This document shows, piece after piece, positions 29,737 through 41,049 of a stretch of DNA of 64,000 nt. This DNA comes from Nitrospirota bacterium. GTDB lineage: Bacteria > Nitrospirota > UBA9217. A program made the position numbers and the translations under genes. The stretch lies in NCBI GenBank assembly GCA_963740085.1, contig CAVUCU010000005.1, positions 192,001 to 256,000 of the forward strand, given 5' to 3'. The notes beneath the pieces were generated by a model. It worked only from the letters and a program-made list of their open reading frames with translations, was not told where the DNA came from and made no database searches. How positions within the stretch are numbered: position 1 is the stretch's first letter; each line of letters starts with the position of its first letter.

Positions 29737-30402
29737 ATGATAGTACCCTCATCCACAGTCGGCAGAAAAATCCTGATGGCGTTCACCGGCCAGATGATGC
29801 TTCTGTTCGTCGTCGTCCATCTGCTCGGCAATAGCACCGTTTTCTTCCACAACCTGAATGCCTACGCCGCCGCGTTGCACGCCCTGCCGGTCCTCGTCTG
29901 GACGTTCCGGCTGTTCATGGCCTCGATGCTGTGTCTCCATGTCTATCTCGGCATCGTGCTCACCCTTGAGAACCGTAAGGCGAAACCGCGGGCCTATGCC
30001 GTGACAGACCATCTCAGCGCCACCTTTGCCGGAAGGAACATGATCTGGACCGGTTCCCTGCTCGGCGTGTTCCTGGTCTATCATTTGCTGCACTTTACGG
30101 TCCAGGTCATTGACCCCGCCTTCTCAGCGCTCAGGAACCCTGACTCCCTCGGCCGGCCCGACGTATTCATGATGGTGCTGCGCAGTTTCCGGCAGATCGG
30201 CACTGCTTCCTTCTACCTTGTATCCATGGCCGGCCTGCTCCTGCACCTGTTCCACGGGATCCAGAGCTCGATCCAAACCTGGGGTTTGAACAACGACAAG
30301 ACGCTGCCGTTGTTCACTCGGGGCGGAATCGCGGCGGCAACGGTCCTCTTCCTCGGGTATGCTGCCATCCCGATGGTAATAGTGCTGGGTTTTCTGAGTT
30401 AA
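29737..30402 (+). CDS. sdhC: Succinate dehydrogenase/fumarate reductase cytochrome b subunit
   Basis: STVGRK..MA.TG, HL.GN, five TM helices with His ligands, HL.HG..S..QT.G. Confidence 0.9.
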   Translation: MIVPSSTVGRKILMAFTGQMMLLFVVVHLLGNSTVFFHNLNAYAAALHALPVLVWTFRLFMASMLCLHVYLGIVLTLENRKAKPRAYAVTDHLSATFAGRNMIWTGSLLGVFLVYHLLHFTVQVIDPAFSALRNPDSLGRPDVFMMVLRSFRQIGTASFYLVSMAGLLLHLFHGIQSSIQTWGLNNDKTLPLFTRGGIAAATVLFLGYAAIPMVIVLGFLS

Positions 30403-30408
30403 AATTTT

Positions 30409-30540
30409 TCTCGCAGAGGATCAGAGTTCGCGGAGAAAATCATAACAACAGACAGAAGATTGATTACTTAAAACATTTTGGATCTAACTTGACAGTAAGC
30501 CGCAGCTTTACCTCTGCGCGCTCTGCGCCTCTGCGAGAGA
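30409..30540. repeat. Short-period inverted element (TCTCGCAGAG..CAGAG..CGCGGAGA ... CTCTGCGCGCTCTGCGCCTCTGCGAGA)
   Basis: Arms 30409-30436 and 30512-30540 around an AT-rich core, inside sdh operon. Confidence 0.7.
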
Positions 30541-30563
30541 CTCCTTATGAAGGTTATAAAATT

Positions 30564-32477
30564 ATGATCCTCGACGGCAAAATACCATCCGGTCCGCTGC
30601 ATGAAAAGTGGGACAAACGCCTTGCCGAGATAAAGCTCGTAAGTCCCGCGAACAAGCGCAAGTACCGCGTCATCGTTGTCGGTACCGGCCTTGCCGGCGC
30701 GTCGGCGGCAGCCTCGCTCGGCGAGCTGGGATACAACATCGATGCCTTCTGCTTTCAGGACTCCCCGCGACGGGGCCACAGCATCGCTGCGCAGGGCGGC
30801 ATCAACGCGGCAAAGAATTATCACAACGACGGCGACAGCATCGAGCGGCTCTTCATCGACACGCTCAAGGGCGGGGACTTCCGTTCCCGGGAGGCGAACG
30901 TGTACCGTCTGGCGCAGGTGAGCGGCAATATCATCGACCAAGCCGTTGCGCAGGGAGTCCCGTTCGCCCGTGACTATGCCGGTTATCTCGATAACCGTTC
31001 ATTCGGCGGGGCGCTGGTATCGCGGACGTTCTACGCGCGCGGACAAACGGGCCAGCAGCTCCTGCTCGGTGCCTACGGCGCGATGATGCGCCAGATCAAG
31101 GCGGGCACCGTCACGCTCCACCCTCGTACCGAGATGCTCGACCTCGTGGTGGTTGACGGCCATGCAAAGGGGATCACGGTGCGGGACCTCGTGTCCGGAA
31201 GGGTCGACTCGTACGTCGGGGACGCGGTCTGCCTCGCGACGGGCGGGTACGCGAACGTCTTCTACCTTTCCACGAATGCCATGGGCTCGAACGTGACCGC
31301 TGCGTACCGGGCATATAAAAGAGGCGCGTTCTTTGCGAACCCCTGCTTCACCCAGATCCATCCGACCTGCATCCCGGTCACCGGAGACCATCAGTCCAAG
31401 CTCACCTTGATGTCCGAGTCACTCCGGAATGACGGCCGCATCTGGGCTCCGAAGAACAGGGGAGACAAACGAAATCCGGACGAGATCCCGGAATCCGACC
31501 GCGATTACTTCCTTGAGCGTAAATATCCATCCTACGGAAACCTCGCGCCACGGGATATCTCCTCCCGTGCCGCGAAGGAGGTCTGTGACCAGGGCCACGG
31601 CGCGGGACCGGGCGGCCGCGGTGTGTATCTTGATTTCGCCGATGCCATCAAACGTCTGGGCGAGGACACGATCCGCGAACGCTACGGAAATCTGTTCGAG
31701 ATGTACGAACGCATCACCGATGAGAACGCCTACCGACAACCCATGCGCATCTATCCCGCCCCGCATTACGCCATGGGAGGGCTCTGGGTGGACTACAACC
31801 TTGCAAGCACGATCCCCGGCCTTTTCGTTCTTGGTGAGGCGAATTTCTCCGACCATGGCGCGAACCGCCTCGGCGCCAGCGCGCTGATGCAGGGGCTGGC
31901 TGACGGCTATTTTATCCTCCCCTACACCATTGCCGATTATCTTGCCAAGACCGCGCCCGGCGCCGTAACCGCCGATCATCCCGAGTTTAAACGGTCCCTC
32001 GAGGACGTCGACTCATCCGTAAAAAAGCTTCTGTCGATCAATGGCAAAAAAACCGTTCACGAGTTCCACTACCTGCTCGGCAAGATCATGTGGGAACAGG
32101 TGGGCATGACGCGCAGCAGTGAAAGTCTGAACAAGGCGCTCGAACTCATTCCGGAACTCCGCGCTGAGTTCTGGCGCAACGTGAAGGTGCCGGGGTCCGG
32201 CATGAACCTGAATCGGGAGCTCGAGAAGGCGGGCAGGATCGCGGACTTTCTCTCCTTCAGCGAACTGATGGCCAAAGATGCTTTGCAACGGAACGAATCC
32301 TGCGGCGCCCACTTCCGGGTCGAGCACCAGACCCCGGATGGCGAGGCAATGCGTGACGATAAGAACTTCAGTTATGTCTCTGCCTGGGAATACAAGGGTG
32401 CGGATAAAGAACCAGAGCTTCACAAAGAACTGCTGGAGTTCGAGCATCTGAAACCCGCCACGAGAAGCTATAAATAG
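30564..32477 (+). CDS. sdhA: Succinate dehydrogenase/fumarate reductase flavoprotein
   Basis: [45 protein letters not shown]. Confidence 0.95.
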   Translation: MILDGKIPSGPLHEKWDKRLAEIKLVSPANKRKYRVIVVGTGLAGASAAASLGELGYNIDAFCFQDSPRRGHSIAAQGGINAAKNYHNDGDSIERLFIDTLKGGDFRSREANVYRLAQVSGNIIDQAVAQGVPFARDYAGYLDNRSFGGALVSRTFYARGQTGQQLLLGAYGAMMRQIKAGTVTLHPRTEMLDLVVVDGHAKGITVRDLVSGRVDSYVGDAVCLATGGYANVFYLSTNAMGSNVTAAYRAYKRGAFFANPCFTQIHPTCIPVTGDHQSKLTLMSESLRNDGRIWAPKNRGDKRNPDEIPESDRDYFLERKYPSYGNLAPRDISSRAAKEVCDQGHGAGPGGRGVYLDFADAIKRLGEDTIRERYGNLFEMYERITDENAYRQPMRIYPAPHYAMGGLWVDYNLASTIPGLFVLGEANFSDHGANRLGASALMQGLADGYFILPYTIADYLAKTAPGAVTADHPEFKRSLEDVDSSVKKLLSINGKKTVHEFHYLLGKIMWEQVGMTRSSESLNKALELIPELRAEFWRNVKVPGSGMNLNRELEKAGRIADFLSFSELMAKDALQRNESCGAHFRVEHQTPDGEAMRDDKNFSYVSAWEYKGADKEPELHKELLEFEHLKPATRSYK

Positions 32478-32520
32478 GAACGAGACAATTTGGCGGGATA
32501 ACCGGATACTATTTGAAATT

Positions 32521-32590
32521 GTCATTCTGAGCAGAGCGAAGAATCTTGCCTTTTTAAACACGTAAGATCCTTCACTTCGTTCAGGATGAC
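32521..32590. repeat. REP-like 26-bp imperfect inverted repeat (GTCATTCTGAGCAGAGCGAAGAATCT ... AGATCCTTCACTTCGTTCAGGATGAC)
   Basis: Arms 32521-32546 and 32565-32590 between sdhA and sdhB. Confidence 0.8.
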
Positions 32591-32643
32591 GCAAAAGGAT
32601 GATTTTCAAGAGTCAAGGGAATCCTGTCTACGAGGTTGAATCA

Positions 32644-33384
32644 ATGAATCTCATACTTTACGTCTGGCGTCAGAAGGGTCCCGGGGAAAACGGGCGGCTC
32701 GTTCGTTACGAGGCAAAGGATATCAGCTCCGAGATGTCCTTCCTCGAGATGCTCGATGTCGTGAACGAGGAGTTGATCCGGCAGGGAGACGAGCCCATCG
32801 CCTTTGACAGCGACTGCCGCGAGGGCATCTGCGGCATGTGCGGCCAGGTCGTGAACGGTGTCCCGCACGGCCCGCGGGAAAAAACCACGGTCTGCCAGCT
32901 TCATATGCGCCATTTCAAGGATGGAGACAGCATCTATATAGAACCCTTCCGCAGCCGGGCATTCCCGGTGATCAAGGACCTGGTCGTGGAGCGGAGCGCC
33001 TTTGACAAGATCATTCAGGCCGCTGGCTACATTTCGGCGCGCACGGGCGGCGTGCCCGACGGCAATGCCATCCTGGTCCCGAAGCATGACGCGGACACCG
33101 CAATGGATGCCGCGGAATGCATAGGCTGCGGGGCCTGCGTCGCCGCCTGTCCGAACGGCTCGGCCATGCTCTTCACCGCGGCCAAGGTGACGCACCTTGC
33201 CATGCTGCCGCAGGGCAGTGTCGAAGCGGCCCGACGTGTTTGCATCATGACCGAGGAGATGCTGAAACAGGGCTTCGGCAATTGCGGCAACCACTACGAA
33301 TGCCAGGCGGTCTGCCCCAAGGGGATCAAGGTCCAGTTTATCGCAAAGTTGAACCGCGAATTCATCAAGGCAAAGATAACGTAA
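32644..33384 (+). CDS. sdhB: Succinate dehydrogenase/fumarate reductase Fe-S subunit
   Basis: [34 protein letters not shown]. Confidence 0.95.
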   Translation: MNLILYVWRQKGPGENGRLVRYEAKDISSEMSFLEMLDVVNEELIRQGDEPIAFDSDCREGICGMCGQVVNGVPHGPREKTTVCQLHMRHFKDGDSIYIEPFRSRAFPVIKDLVVERSAFDKIIQAAGYISARTGGVPDGNAILVPKHDADTAMDAAECIGCGACVAACPNGSAMLFTAAKVTHLAMLPQGSVEAARRVCIMTEEMLKQGFGNCGNHYECQAVCPKGIKVQFIAKLNREFIKAKIT

Positions 33385-33494
33385 TTTGATAAGTCGACAT
33401 TGCGAAGGAACCTTTCCTATGCTATCTTATTGAAGTAGGCAAACAATCAGCACAGATAATAACCAACCATCTCTACCACTATAAGGAGGGCACC

Positions 33495-34685
33495 ATGAAA
33501 CGTCTGGCACTAGCAATCGCAGTGATGTTCGTAAGCTTTGTCTTCTCAACCACGTTGTTGGCCGCTGACTCACTGGATCTCACCATTCCGCTTCCGCTGA
33601 CCGGCAAGCAGGCGAAGTTCGGCGAGATCATGAAACGGTCCTATGAAATAGCCGCGGAAGAGATCAATGCCGCGGGCGGTGTTAAGGGCAAAAAGCTCGT
33701 CCTCTCCTTCGAGGACTCATCGGGAAAACCCGAGACTGCCCGCGCTATCGTGGAGAAGCTCATTGATGTGAAAAAGCAGCCCGTCATCGTGGGCGAGTAC
33801 ACCTCGTCCTGCGCCAAGGCCGTTGCCGCTGTCGCCGAGGAGCGCAAGACGCCGTACCTGGTCGTTGCAAGCGCGGATGATGCAATTACGCAGCAGCATT
33901 ATAAATATGTGTTCCGTCAAAACCAGGTCAATGATCATTATGCCGATGCGTTCGTTTCCTTTCTGCGGGAGGTGGTCAAACCGAAGACCATGGCGATCCT
34001 CTACGAAAGTTCGGCCTTCGGCACCTCAGGCGCCGATGCGATGGAACGGGATGCTAAGAAGATGGGAACAGCGATTGTTCTGAAGGAAAAGTTCGAGACC
34101 GGCGCCATCGATTTCAAACCGCTTCTGTCCAAGGTGAAAGCGGCCCAGCCGGATGTCGTGTATACCGTCTCGTATGCCAACGAGGCACAGCTCATTATGA
34201 AGCAGGCAATGGAGCTCAGGCTTGATGCCAAGCTCTTTTCCGGCGGTGCAGCCGGGTTCGCCATCCCCGAGTTCATCACCGGCGCAAAAGAGGCTGCAGA
34301 GTATGTGGTCAGCGCGACCCTCTGGACACCCCAGGTCAAGTATCCCGGCGCCAAAGAGTTTGCCGATAAGTACAAGGCCAAATACGGAGAATTCCCCTCG
34401 TATCACGGCGCTTCTGCCTATTCCGCCATCTACGTGACTGCCGACGCGCTGAAGCGTGCCAAGAACTGGACCCAGGACGGCATCCGGGACGCGCTTAAGG
34501 CCACAAATCTCATGACAGCCTTCGGTCCGGTCAAGTTCGAAGACAGAGACGGCTACCAGAACCAGAACTTTGCCGAAACTCTTGCCATCCAGGTGCAGAA
34601 GGGCGAGTTTGAGACGATCTGGCCCAAGTCGCAGGCAAGCAAACCTTATATCTACCCGGTCCCGACGTGGAGGGAGCGCAGGTAG
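33495..34685 (+). CDS. Branched-chain amino acid-type ABC transporter substrate-binding protein
   Basis: Signal peptide, PLTG..A..G, EINAAGGV.GK, YVFR, FG pattern of LivJ/K fold. Confidence 0.9.
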   Translation: MKRLALAIAVMFVSFVFSTTLLAADSLDLTIPLPLTGKQAKFGEIMKRSYEIAAEEINAAGGVKGKKLVLSFEDSSGKPETARAIVEKLIDVKKQPVIVGEYTSSCAKAVAAVAEERKTPYLVVASADDAITQQHYKYVFRQNQVNDHYADAFVSFLREVVKPKTMAILYESSAFGTSGADAMERDAKKMGTAIVLKEKFETGAIDFKPLLSKVKAAQPDVVYTVSYANEAQLIMKQAMELRLDAKLFSGGAAGFAIPEFITGAKEAAEYVVSATLWTPQVKYPGAKEFADKYKAKYGEFPSYHGASAYSAIYVTADALKRAKNWTQDGIRDALKATNLMTAFGPVKFEDRDGYQNQNFAETLAIQVQKGEFETIWPKSQASKPYIYPVPTWRERR

Positions 34686-34729
34686 TTCCAGTTCGAACAA
34701 AAGAATAATTGCTACTTTTCCCGTGGAAT

Positions 34730-34756
34730 CCCCCTCTCCCCGTTGGGGAGGGGGGG
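34730..34756. repeat. GC-rich palindrome CCCCCTCTCCC-CGTT-GGGGAGGGGGG
   Basis: Hairpin between SBP and permease genes, no U-tract. Confidence 0.6.
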
Positions 34757-34853
34757 TAAGACCAGGGCGTATCCGTAGTATTTCAAATGCGGAGAAAGGA
34801 TATTCCACTCCGTAGTTGCGGCACTCTGAACGCCGAACTATCGAAGGTACTCC

Positions 34854-35783
34854 ATGACCGCTATCCAAACTGAAGTCCTTTTGCAGACGCTCATTTCCGG
34901 CATACTGCTCGGCGGGCTCTATGCCCTGATCGGCCTCGGCATGACCATCATCATGGGCGTCATGAAAATCATCAATCTTGCCCATGGCGAGCTCATGATG
35001 GTGGGCATGTACATCGCCTATGTTCTCTACGCTCATTTCCATATCGATCCATATCTCTCGATCTTCATCGCGGCGCCGGCCCTTTTCCTGTTCGGCATGG
35101 CGCTCCAGAAGTTCCTGATCAATCCGGTGGTCAAGGTGGACTCCATCCTGCCCGAGAACCAGGTGATCCTCACCGTCGGCATCGGTATGGTGCTGGCGAA
35201 CCTGGCAACGATCATCTTCACGTCCGATTACCTGCAAACTCCAGTGAGCTATGGCACGAAGGCATGGTACCTCACCGATCTCTGGAAAAAGTCACCCATT
35301 GAGTTGTCTCTGTCATTCCCCTGGAGCGTCTCGTTCGTGTTCTCCCTGCTGATCACCGCGGGACTGTGGTTCTTCCTGACCAAAATGGACACCGGCAAAT
35401 CCATTCGGGCCACGGCACAGGACAGCGATGCCGCACTGCTCATGGGCGTGAACGTCGGACGGATGCGGGTGATCACCTTCGGTCTCGGATCAGCCCTCGT
35501 GGGAGCGGCCGGCTGCCTCTTCATTCCCATTTACTATATTTATCCCGACATCGGGGGGCAGTTCACTTTGATCGCGTTCGTCATCACCATTCTGGGCGGT
35601 CTCGGATCTACCGTGGGGGCGATTATCGGCGGCTTGATCCTGGGTCTTTTTGAATCGCTCACGGCGACCTACATCGGCATGGGGTGGGCGCCCGTCGGCA
35701 GGTTCGTCATCTTCATTGCCGTGCTGATCTTCATTCCGGGCGGAGTGGCGTCGCTGCTCAAGACAAGAAAGTTCGGAAAGTAA
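34854..35783 (+). CDS. livH: ABC transporter permease LivH-like
   Basis: GGLYALIGLG.T...G....NLAHGE, IRATAQD..AA.LMG, ILGGLGS..G. Confidence 0.88.
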   Translation: MTAIQTEVLLQTLISGILLGGLYALIGLGMTIIMGVMKIINLAHGELMMVGMYIAYVLYAHFHIDPYLSIFIAAPALFLFGMALQKFLINPVVKVDSILPENQVILTVGIGMVLANLATIIFTSDYLQTPVSYGTKAWYLTDLWKKSPIELSLSFPWSVSFVFSLLITAGLWFFLTKMDTGKSIRATAQDSDAALLMGVNVGRMRVITFGLGSALVGAAGCLFIPIYYIYPDIGGQFTLIAFVITILGGLGSTVGAIIGGLILGLFESLTATYIGMGWAPVGRFVIFIAVLIFIPGGVASLLKTRKFGK

Positions 35784-35808
35784 CATTTACTGTAGTCATT
35801 AAAGTCGT

Positions 35809-35894
35809 TCTCACACAAAGCCACGAAGACACAAAGTGTATAATCTTATGTGTTCAAGGGGCCTTTCTTCGTGTCTTTGTGTCTTCGTGTGAAA
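35809..35894. repeat. 8/9-nt-period inverted element (CACACAAAGCCACGAAGACACAAAG ... CTTCGTGTCTTTGTGTCTTCGTGTG)
   Basis: Arms 35809-35836 and 35867-35894 between livH and livM. Confidence 0.75.
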
Positions 35895-35951
35895 ATTGAT
35901 TTTTCGTTTTTGTTGCATATAAAACCGTAAAAAGCGGGTCATGTTAGTAGG

Positions 35952-36893
35952 ATGAAAAAATATTTTCCTTCCATAGCGCTGGTTCTGATGGCCCTCATTC
36001 CCTTTCTGGGTCTGAACAGCTATCTGATGCATATCCTGATCCTGGTCGTCATGTGGTCGGTGATCGGCATGGCCTGGAACCTCCTCGGCGGGTACTGCGG
36101 CCAGGTATCCTTCGGCCACGCGGCTTTTTTCGGCGTCGGGGCATATACCAGCGGCATGTTGTACAGCAAACTGGGGATCTCCGGCTGGTGGGGCATTCCT
36201 GCCAGTATCGTCGTGGTCACCCTCTTCGCGCTGGTCATCGGTTACATCTGCCTGAGACTGCGCGGCCCCTACTTCGCACTGGCCACGCTGTCCGTGGGCG
36301 TCATCCTCCGGATCGTCGCGGAGAACCTCGTAAACGTTACCGGCGGAGACCTCGGCATCATGATCCGCGAACGGAGCTGGATAGAGAAGACCTGGTACTA
36401 CTATATCATCCTGGCGATCGCAGCCCTGTCGTACGTGCTCATTCAGAGGATCATCGGTTCAAAGCTGGGCTACTACTTCGTCGCCATCCGCGAGGACCAG
36501 GACGCTGCGGAGTCCCTCGGCATCAATACAACGCTGTACAAGACCATCGCGCTCTGCCTGAGCGCCGTGATCACCGGATTCGCAGGCGCCTTTTACACGA
36601 ACTACATGGGGTACATCGACCCGAAGGTCGTCTTCGCCCTCCACGATATATCGATCATTGCGATCATGGTCGTCATGGTCGGCGGCGTTGCGACCTTCTC
36701 GGGTCCCATCGTCGGCGCGATCATCATGGTGATACTTGCCGAGGCCATCAGGTCCATCCCGCTGCTCGGTACGGCGCACCATACGCTTTTCGGCATCCTG
36801 CTGATCGTCATTATCATTTTTCTGCCCAACGGCATAGTCGGAGATTTTTTGAAACTGAAGAGACTGGTCGGTCTTGGACGGAGACCTTCATGA
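35952..36893 (+). CDS. livM: ABC transporter permease LivM-like
   Basis: [45 protein letters not shown]. Confidence 0.88.
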   Translation: MKKYFPSIALVLMALIPFLGLNSYLMHILILVVMWSVIGMAWNLLGGYCGQVSFGHAAFFGVGAYTSGMLYSKLGISGWWGIPASIVVVTLFALVIGYICLRLRGPYFALATLSVGVILRIVAENLVNVTGGDLGIMIRERSWIEKTWYYYIILAIAALSYVLIQRIIGSKLGYYFVAIREDQDAAESLGINTTLYKTIALCLSAVITGFAGAFYTNYMGYIDPKVVFALHDISIIAIMVVMVGGVATFSGPIVGAIIMVILAEAIRSIPLLGTAHHTLFGILLIVIIIFLPNGIVGDFLKLKRLVGLGRRPS

Positions 36894-37612
36894 ACCTGCT
36901 TGAGATAAAAAAGGTCTCCCGGTTCTTCGGAGGCCTCGCCGCCATCAAGGACGTGTCCTTTGAGGTACGGGAAGGCGAGATCCTCGGCCTTATCGGGCCG
37001 AACGGCGCCGGCAAGACAACCATGTTCAACGTGGTGAATGGTTTTTATTCTCCCTCGAGGGGCGACGTCTTTTTCAAGGCCCGGAGGATCTCCGGCCTCA
37101 AACCGCATCAGATCTGCGGGCTCGGCATTGCCAGGACATTCCAGGTAGTAAAACCGCTCCAGAGGATGAGCGTGCTCGACAACGTCATTGCATCATCTTT
37201 CCTCCGCGCAAAGGATAAAAACCAGGCCGTGGAGATCGCGCGCGAGTCGCTCCAGTTCTCAGGACTGTATGAGGACCGTGAAATCATATCACGGGGATTA
37301 CCGCTCGGGAAAAGGAAGCGGCTCGAGATCGCGCGGGCTCTTGCCACGCAGCCGGAGGTATTGCTCCTCGACGAGTCCTTTGCCGGGCTGAATGCGACCG
37401 AGCTTGATGAGTCCATTGGCATCATACGGAAGATCAAGGACAGGGGCATCACCATCATGATCATCGAACACCATATGAAGGTCATCATGGCCATATCCGA
37501 CCGGATCGTGGTATTGAATTACGGGGAGAAGATCGCCGAGGGCACGCCGCAGGAGATCCGGAGCAATCCCGTCGTCGTCGAGGCTTACCTGGGAGAGGCG
37601 CAAAGTGCTTGA
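36890..37612 (+). CDS. livG: ABC transporter ATP-binding LivG-like
   Basis: [40 protein letters not shown]; real start at ATGA overlap with livM stop. Confidence 0.9.
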   Translation: MNLLEIKKVSRFFGGLAAIKDVSFEVREGEILGLIGPNGAGKTTMFNVVNGFYSPSRGDVFFKARRISGLKPHQICGLGIARTFQVVKPLQRMSVLDNVIASSFLRAKDKNQAVEIARESLQFSGLYEDREIISRGLPLGKRKRLEIARALATQPEVLLLDESFAGLNATELDESIGIIRKIKDRGITIMIIEHHMKVIMAISDRIVVLNYGEKIAEGTPQEIRSNPVVVEAYLGEAQSA

Positions 37613-38309
37613 GATCAGGAACATAGACGTCTTCTACGGCGATGTCCAGGTGCTCTGGGACATTTCATTCGACGTGAAGCAGGGCGAGGTCGTAGCGCTT
37701 ATCGGCGCAAATGGCGCTGGCAAATCGACAACCCTCAAGACGATCTCCGGGCTTCTGCGGCCCCGCAGAGGCGAGATACTGTTCAACACCATGCCGATCC
37801 ATTCTGTCGAGGCGTTCAGGCTCGTCGAGCTGGGGATCGCCCACTGCCCCGAGGCACGGCGGCTTTTTGTCGAGATGACGGTCGAGGAGAACCTTGACAT
37901 GGGGTCGCTCCGGGGAGAGGCGAAACAACAGCGTGAAAAGACCAAGGAAATGGTGTTCGGCCTCTTTCCCCGGCTCAGCGAACGCAGAAAACAGCCCGCA
38001 GGCCTGCTCTCGGGTGGCGAACAACAGATGGTGGCGATCGGAAGAGGACTCATGGCGATACCGAAACTTCTCATGTTCGATGAGCCCTCGCTTGGACTCG
38101 CGCCGATCCTCGTGCGCGAGATCTTCGATATCATCAAAAAGATCCGGCAGCAGGGAACCACGGTCCTGATCGTGGAGCAGAATGTGAAGCAGACCCTGGC
38201 GATCTCTGACCGTGCCTATGTGCTCGAAAACGGCAAGGTGGTGATGCAGGGGACCGGCAGTGCATTGCTGAACGATGAGCATGTGAAGACGGCATATCTC
38301 GGGGTCTAA
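37605..38309 (+). CDS. livF: ABC transporter ATP-binding LivF-like
   Basis: GANGAGKST, PEARRLF, LSGGEQQM.AIGRGLM, DEPSLGLAP, VEQN. Confidence 0.92.
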   Translation: MLEIRNIDVFYGDVQVLWDISFDVKQGEVVALIGANGAGKSTTLKTISGLLRPRRGEILFNTMPIHSVEAFRLVELGIAHCPEARRLFVEMTVEENLDMGSLRGEAKQQREKTKEMVFGLFPRLSERRKQPAGLLSGGEQQMVAIGRGLMAIPKLLMFDEPSLGLAPILVREIFDIIKKIRQQGTTVLIVEQNVKQTLAISDRAYVLENGKVVMQGTGSALLNDEHVKTAYLGV

Positions 38310-38325
38310 CGGCTGAGACAGGCAT

Positions 38326-38438
38326 CAAATGCGAATATCGAAATCCTGAACAAATGAGAGGCAGGGGTATCAATGTTTGAATTTAAAATTATTCGGATAT
38401 TTTTGGGATAGAATTTGAGATCTTAAATTTTTAGTATT
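38326..38438. repeat. 7-nt-period inverted element (AAATGCG AATATCG AAATCCT ... TTCGGAT..TTGGGAT AGAATTT GAGATCT)
   Basis: AT-rich heptamer arms between livF and CBS-ACT gene. Confidence 0.6.
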
Positions 38439-38453
38439 CTTCTGGAGGCGGCC

Positions 38454-39098
38454 ATGTTTGTTTCCGATTGGATGACGAAAAAGGTCTTTACCATAGAGCC
38501 CGACGATTTTCTCTCCAGTGCCATCACCCTGATGAAGGAGAAACACATCAAGCATATCCCGGTCACCCGGAACGGGAAACTGAAGGGCATCATTTCGGAC
38601 CGCGACATCAAGGAGTACAGCCCCTCGAAGGCCACAACCCTCGATATTTACGAACTTCATTATATAGTCGCGAATACGAAGATCAAGCAGCTCGTTAAGA
38701 CCAAGGTCATCACCACGACACCCGAAACGCCCGTGGAAGACGCCGCTATGATCATGCTGGACGAGAATATAGGATGCCTCCCCGTGCTGGATAACGGGAT
38801 CCTCGTCGGCATCATTTCCGACAAGGACATCTTTCATGCCCTGGTGGATATCACCGGGGCCAGACACGGCGGCAACCGGATCTGCGTGACCATCGAGGAC
38901 CGGGCGGGATCCATTCGGGAAGTGGCCGATATCGTCCGGAAACACAACTTCCGCCTTCAGGGGATCCTCACCTCGTATGAAGGCATAAAAGAAGGTTATC
39001 GGAGGGTGGTCATCAGAACGCAGGGTAAGGGCGATTTCTTCGGCCTGAGGGCGGAGATAGAGAGCGCTTTCAAGACCTGCCAGGTAAAGAAGGGTTAA
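38454..39098 (+). CDS. CBS + ACT domain protein (AcuB-like)
   Basis: MFVSDWM.., two CBS repeats, SPS.ATTL..YEL, C-terminal ACT (EDRAG). Confidence 0.87.
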   Translation: MFVSDWMTKKVFTIEPDDFLSSAITLMKEKHIKHIPVTRNGKLKGIISDRDIKEYSPSKATTLDIYELHYIVANTKIKQLVKTKVITTTPETPVEDAAMIMLDENIGCLPVLDNGILVGIISDKDIFHALVDITGARHGGNRICVTIEDRAGSIREVADIVRKHNFRLQGILTSYEGIKEGYRRVVIRTQGKGDFFGLRAEIESAFKTCQVKKG

Positions 39099-39134
39099 CG
39101 AAGCCCTTCTCTTGCAGCGTGGCGATTCAAATAG

Positions 39135-39173
39135 AAGAGGCCGGAGCAGATGACTGCCCGGCCTCTTGGTTTT
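39135..39173 (+). terminator. Intrinsic terminator between convergent genes
   Basis: AAGAGGCCGG..GCAG/CTGC..CCGGCCTCTT followed by GGTTTT. Confidence 0.6.
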
Positions 39174-39236
39174 CACTCTGCCCCCGGAGCCTGTCCCCCT
39201 GAAGACTGAATTGGGAGGTGCTCCGCGGCGTATCTT

Positions 39237-40898
39237 TTATATCGGATTCAGTCTCTTGTCGATCACGGTCCGCGCTGCCACAAGCGGATCAATGAAGGCG
39301 CTGTCCATGTCCTTTTCGAGATCGCGCTTGTTCGACAGGAAGGTGATGCGGTCCTGCATCCGGTTTCTGAGGAACTGGAGATACTCGGGGTTTTTTGACG
39401 GCCTGAACTTCTTGTCGAAATCCGAGCCGAACAGCTCGACCCCGTTGGAGGGGACCATCAGGCCCGGGAAGGACTTCCATTCCCGCCACTCGATCGTGCC
39501 ACGCACCATCTGGGTCACAATGTTCAAAGACAGGTCCTTCGGAACCTTGATCTCTTCGCCGGGCAGGCCAAAGTGACCGGTGTTCATGATGTAGCATTCG
39601 GTCCCGAGTTTGAAGAGTTTGAGGAACTGCCGGCAGTCCTCCATGAGCGAATGGACCCGGAAGGGATTTGCAAACGGCTCGATAACGAGCTTGGCCAGCT
39701 CTTCCCTCGGTACGTTCTCCACGCCTTTGGCCCGCAGGGTGCTCAGTGACGCGCCCATTGCCACGGACAGACCCACATCGGATACCTTCATGATCGGCGG
39801 CAAAGATTGATCCTTCTGGAGCCAGATAAGCTGGCCGGGCCTGGCGCAGGAATCGGCGGTATTGAACATATCGCGCGACTTGATGCACCGGCCGTTGTCG
39901 TTCCGGACGTCCTCGCACACCATCTCTCGTTTCCCGTTGCCGAGATCGGTCACAGACACATTCTGGGCCGAGTAGAAATATTTGATGATGGGGTCCCGGA
40001 ACGGGACCGCGTCGGTCTTGTCAAAAAGGCTGGGCTCAAGCGCGACGGTCAGGTTCGCGTCAAGCGCAATAAGAAACGCATCGTCATGGATCACGATCAC
40101 CTTCTCGCCCTTCCTGAGCGTGCCATCGTGGTCGTGACTGTTCGTGATCGAGGACTTTCCTGAACCGGAAAGGCCGAAGACCGCGACCGGAGGATGGTTG
40201 CCGATGGTCTTGATCCCGCCGTGGCACGCCACCATGTTCTGGCGCACACCGATGGTCCAGGCCAGGGTCAAGGTCCCCTTCTTGCGCTCGCCGAAATATC
40301 GAAGGCCAAGGATTGCAATGCAGTTCTCTTCTTCGTCGATGATCACAAGCCCGTTCGGGAACTCGGGGTCCGTCCAATCCGGGTCGGCCAGCACCAGGAT
40401 GTCCGGCTCATCGAGCTTCTTCGATCTCTTATATGCCTCGCTCCAGGGCTTCATGCAGGGTGCAAAGTTGATGCCCCAGTCGAACATGTTCTTGGCATCC
40501 GTTGCAGGGCTCAGCAAGTGCGCCTTGACCATGAAATCTTTGTGCAGGCCGACCGTGGCCTCAAGCCACAGGCACTCACGCTTGGTCAGCTGGTAGGTGA
40601 CCTCTCCCAGGATGCGAAGGTACTTGTCACGGTCCTTGCCCATCTCGCGCACCAGCCTGCGCGCCCTGGCCGTCCTGCCGACAATACCGCCGTCGTTGGA
40701 GATGAGCACCCTGGCGTCCTTCGGCAATCCGAATTGGGACGGTTTGTAAAAGGGATGGGATGTCGCCATAACCTCGGGCTGTTTGATCGCCAGCTTGTAG
40801 AGCGCGGCCATGGTGGTCTTGCGCACCGAATTGGCGTAGAAAGCGCCGTCGATCATCGCCCGCCAGGGCGACCTGGGTAATCTGTTCACTGATGCCAT
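39237..40898 (-). CDS. pckA: Phosphoenolpyruvate carboxykinase (ATP)-family protein, divergent
   Basis: YFGERKKG.LT, CHGG, FGLSGSGKS, IHDD, FDKT, NGR, EPFANPF. Confidence 0.8.
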   Translation of the reverse strand: MASVNRLPRSPWRAMIDGAFYANSVRKTTMAALYKLAIKQPEVMATSHPFYKPSQFGLPKDARVLISNDGGIVGRTARARRLVREMGKDRDKYLRILGEVTYQLTKRECLWLEATVGLHKDFMVKAHLLSPATDAKNMFDWGINFAPCMKPWSEAYKRSKKLDEPDILVLADPDWTDPEFPNGLVIIDEEENCIAILGLRYFGERKKGTLTLAWTIGVRQNMVACHGGIKTIGNHPPVAVFGLSGSGKSSITNSHDHDGTLRKGEKVIVIHDDAFLIALDANLTVALEPSLFDKTDAVPFRDPIIKYFYSAQNVSVTDLGNGKREMVCEDVRNDNGRCIKSRDMFNTADSCARPGQLIWLQKDQSLPPIMKVSDVGLSVAMGASLSTLRAKGVENVPREELAKLVIEPFANPFRVHSLMEDCRQFLKLFKLGTECYIMNTGHFGLPGEEIKVPKDLSLNIVTQMVRGTIEWREWKSFPGLMVPSNGVELFGSDFDKKFRPSKNPEYLQFLRNRMQDRITFLSNKRDLEKDMDSAFIDPLVAARTVIDKRLNPI

Positions 40899-40988
40899 AG
40901 ATCCTCCTCGATATCAACAACCCGCTGAGCGGTGACAGGTATGGGTCGAATTATGCACGATAATGGCATAAAAGTAAAGAGGAGGGTG

Positions 40989-41022
40989 AAAAAACAAAAG
41001 CCCCGCGAACAGCACGGGGCTT
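40989..41022 (-). terminator. Intrinsic terminator after NrfJ-like gene
   Basis: AAGCCCCG-loop-CGGGGCTT-TTGTTTTTT on minus strand. Confidence 0.75.
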
Positions 41023-41049
41023 ATTGATTCCGTCCTCTTCTCCACTGGA

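Noticed and set aside
36053-36889. 519-aa ORF as an extended LivG fusion
   Set aside because: Upstream part is an off-frame shadow of livM; true start is 36890
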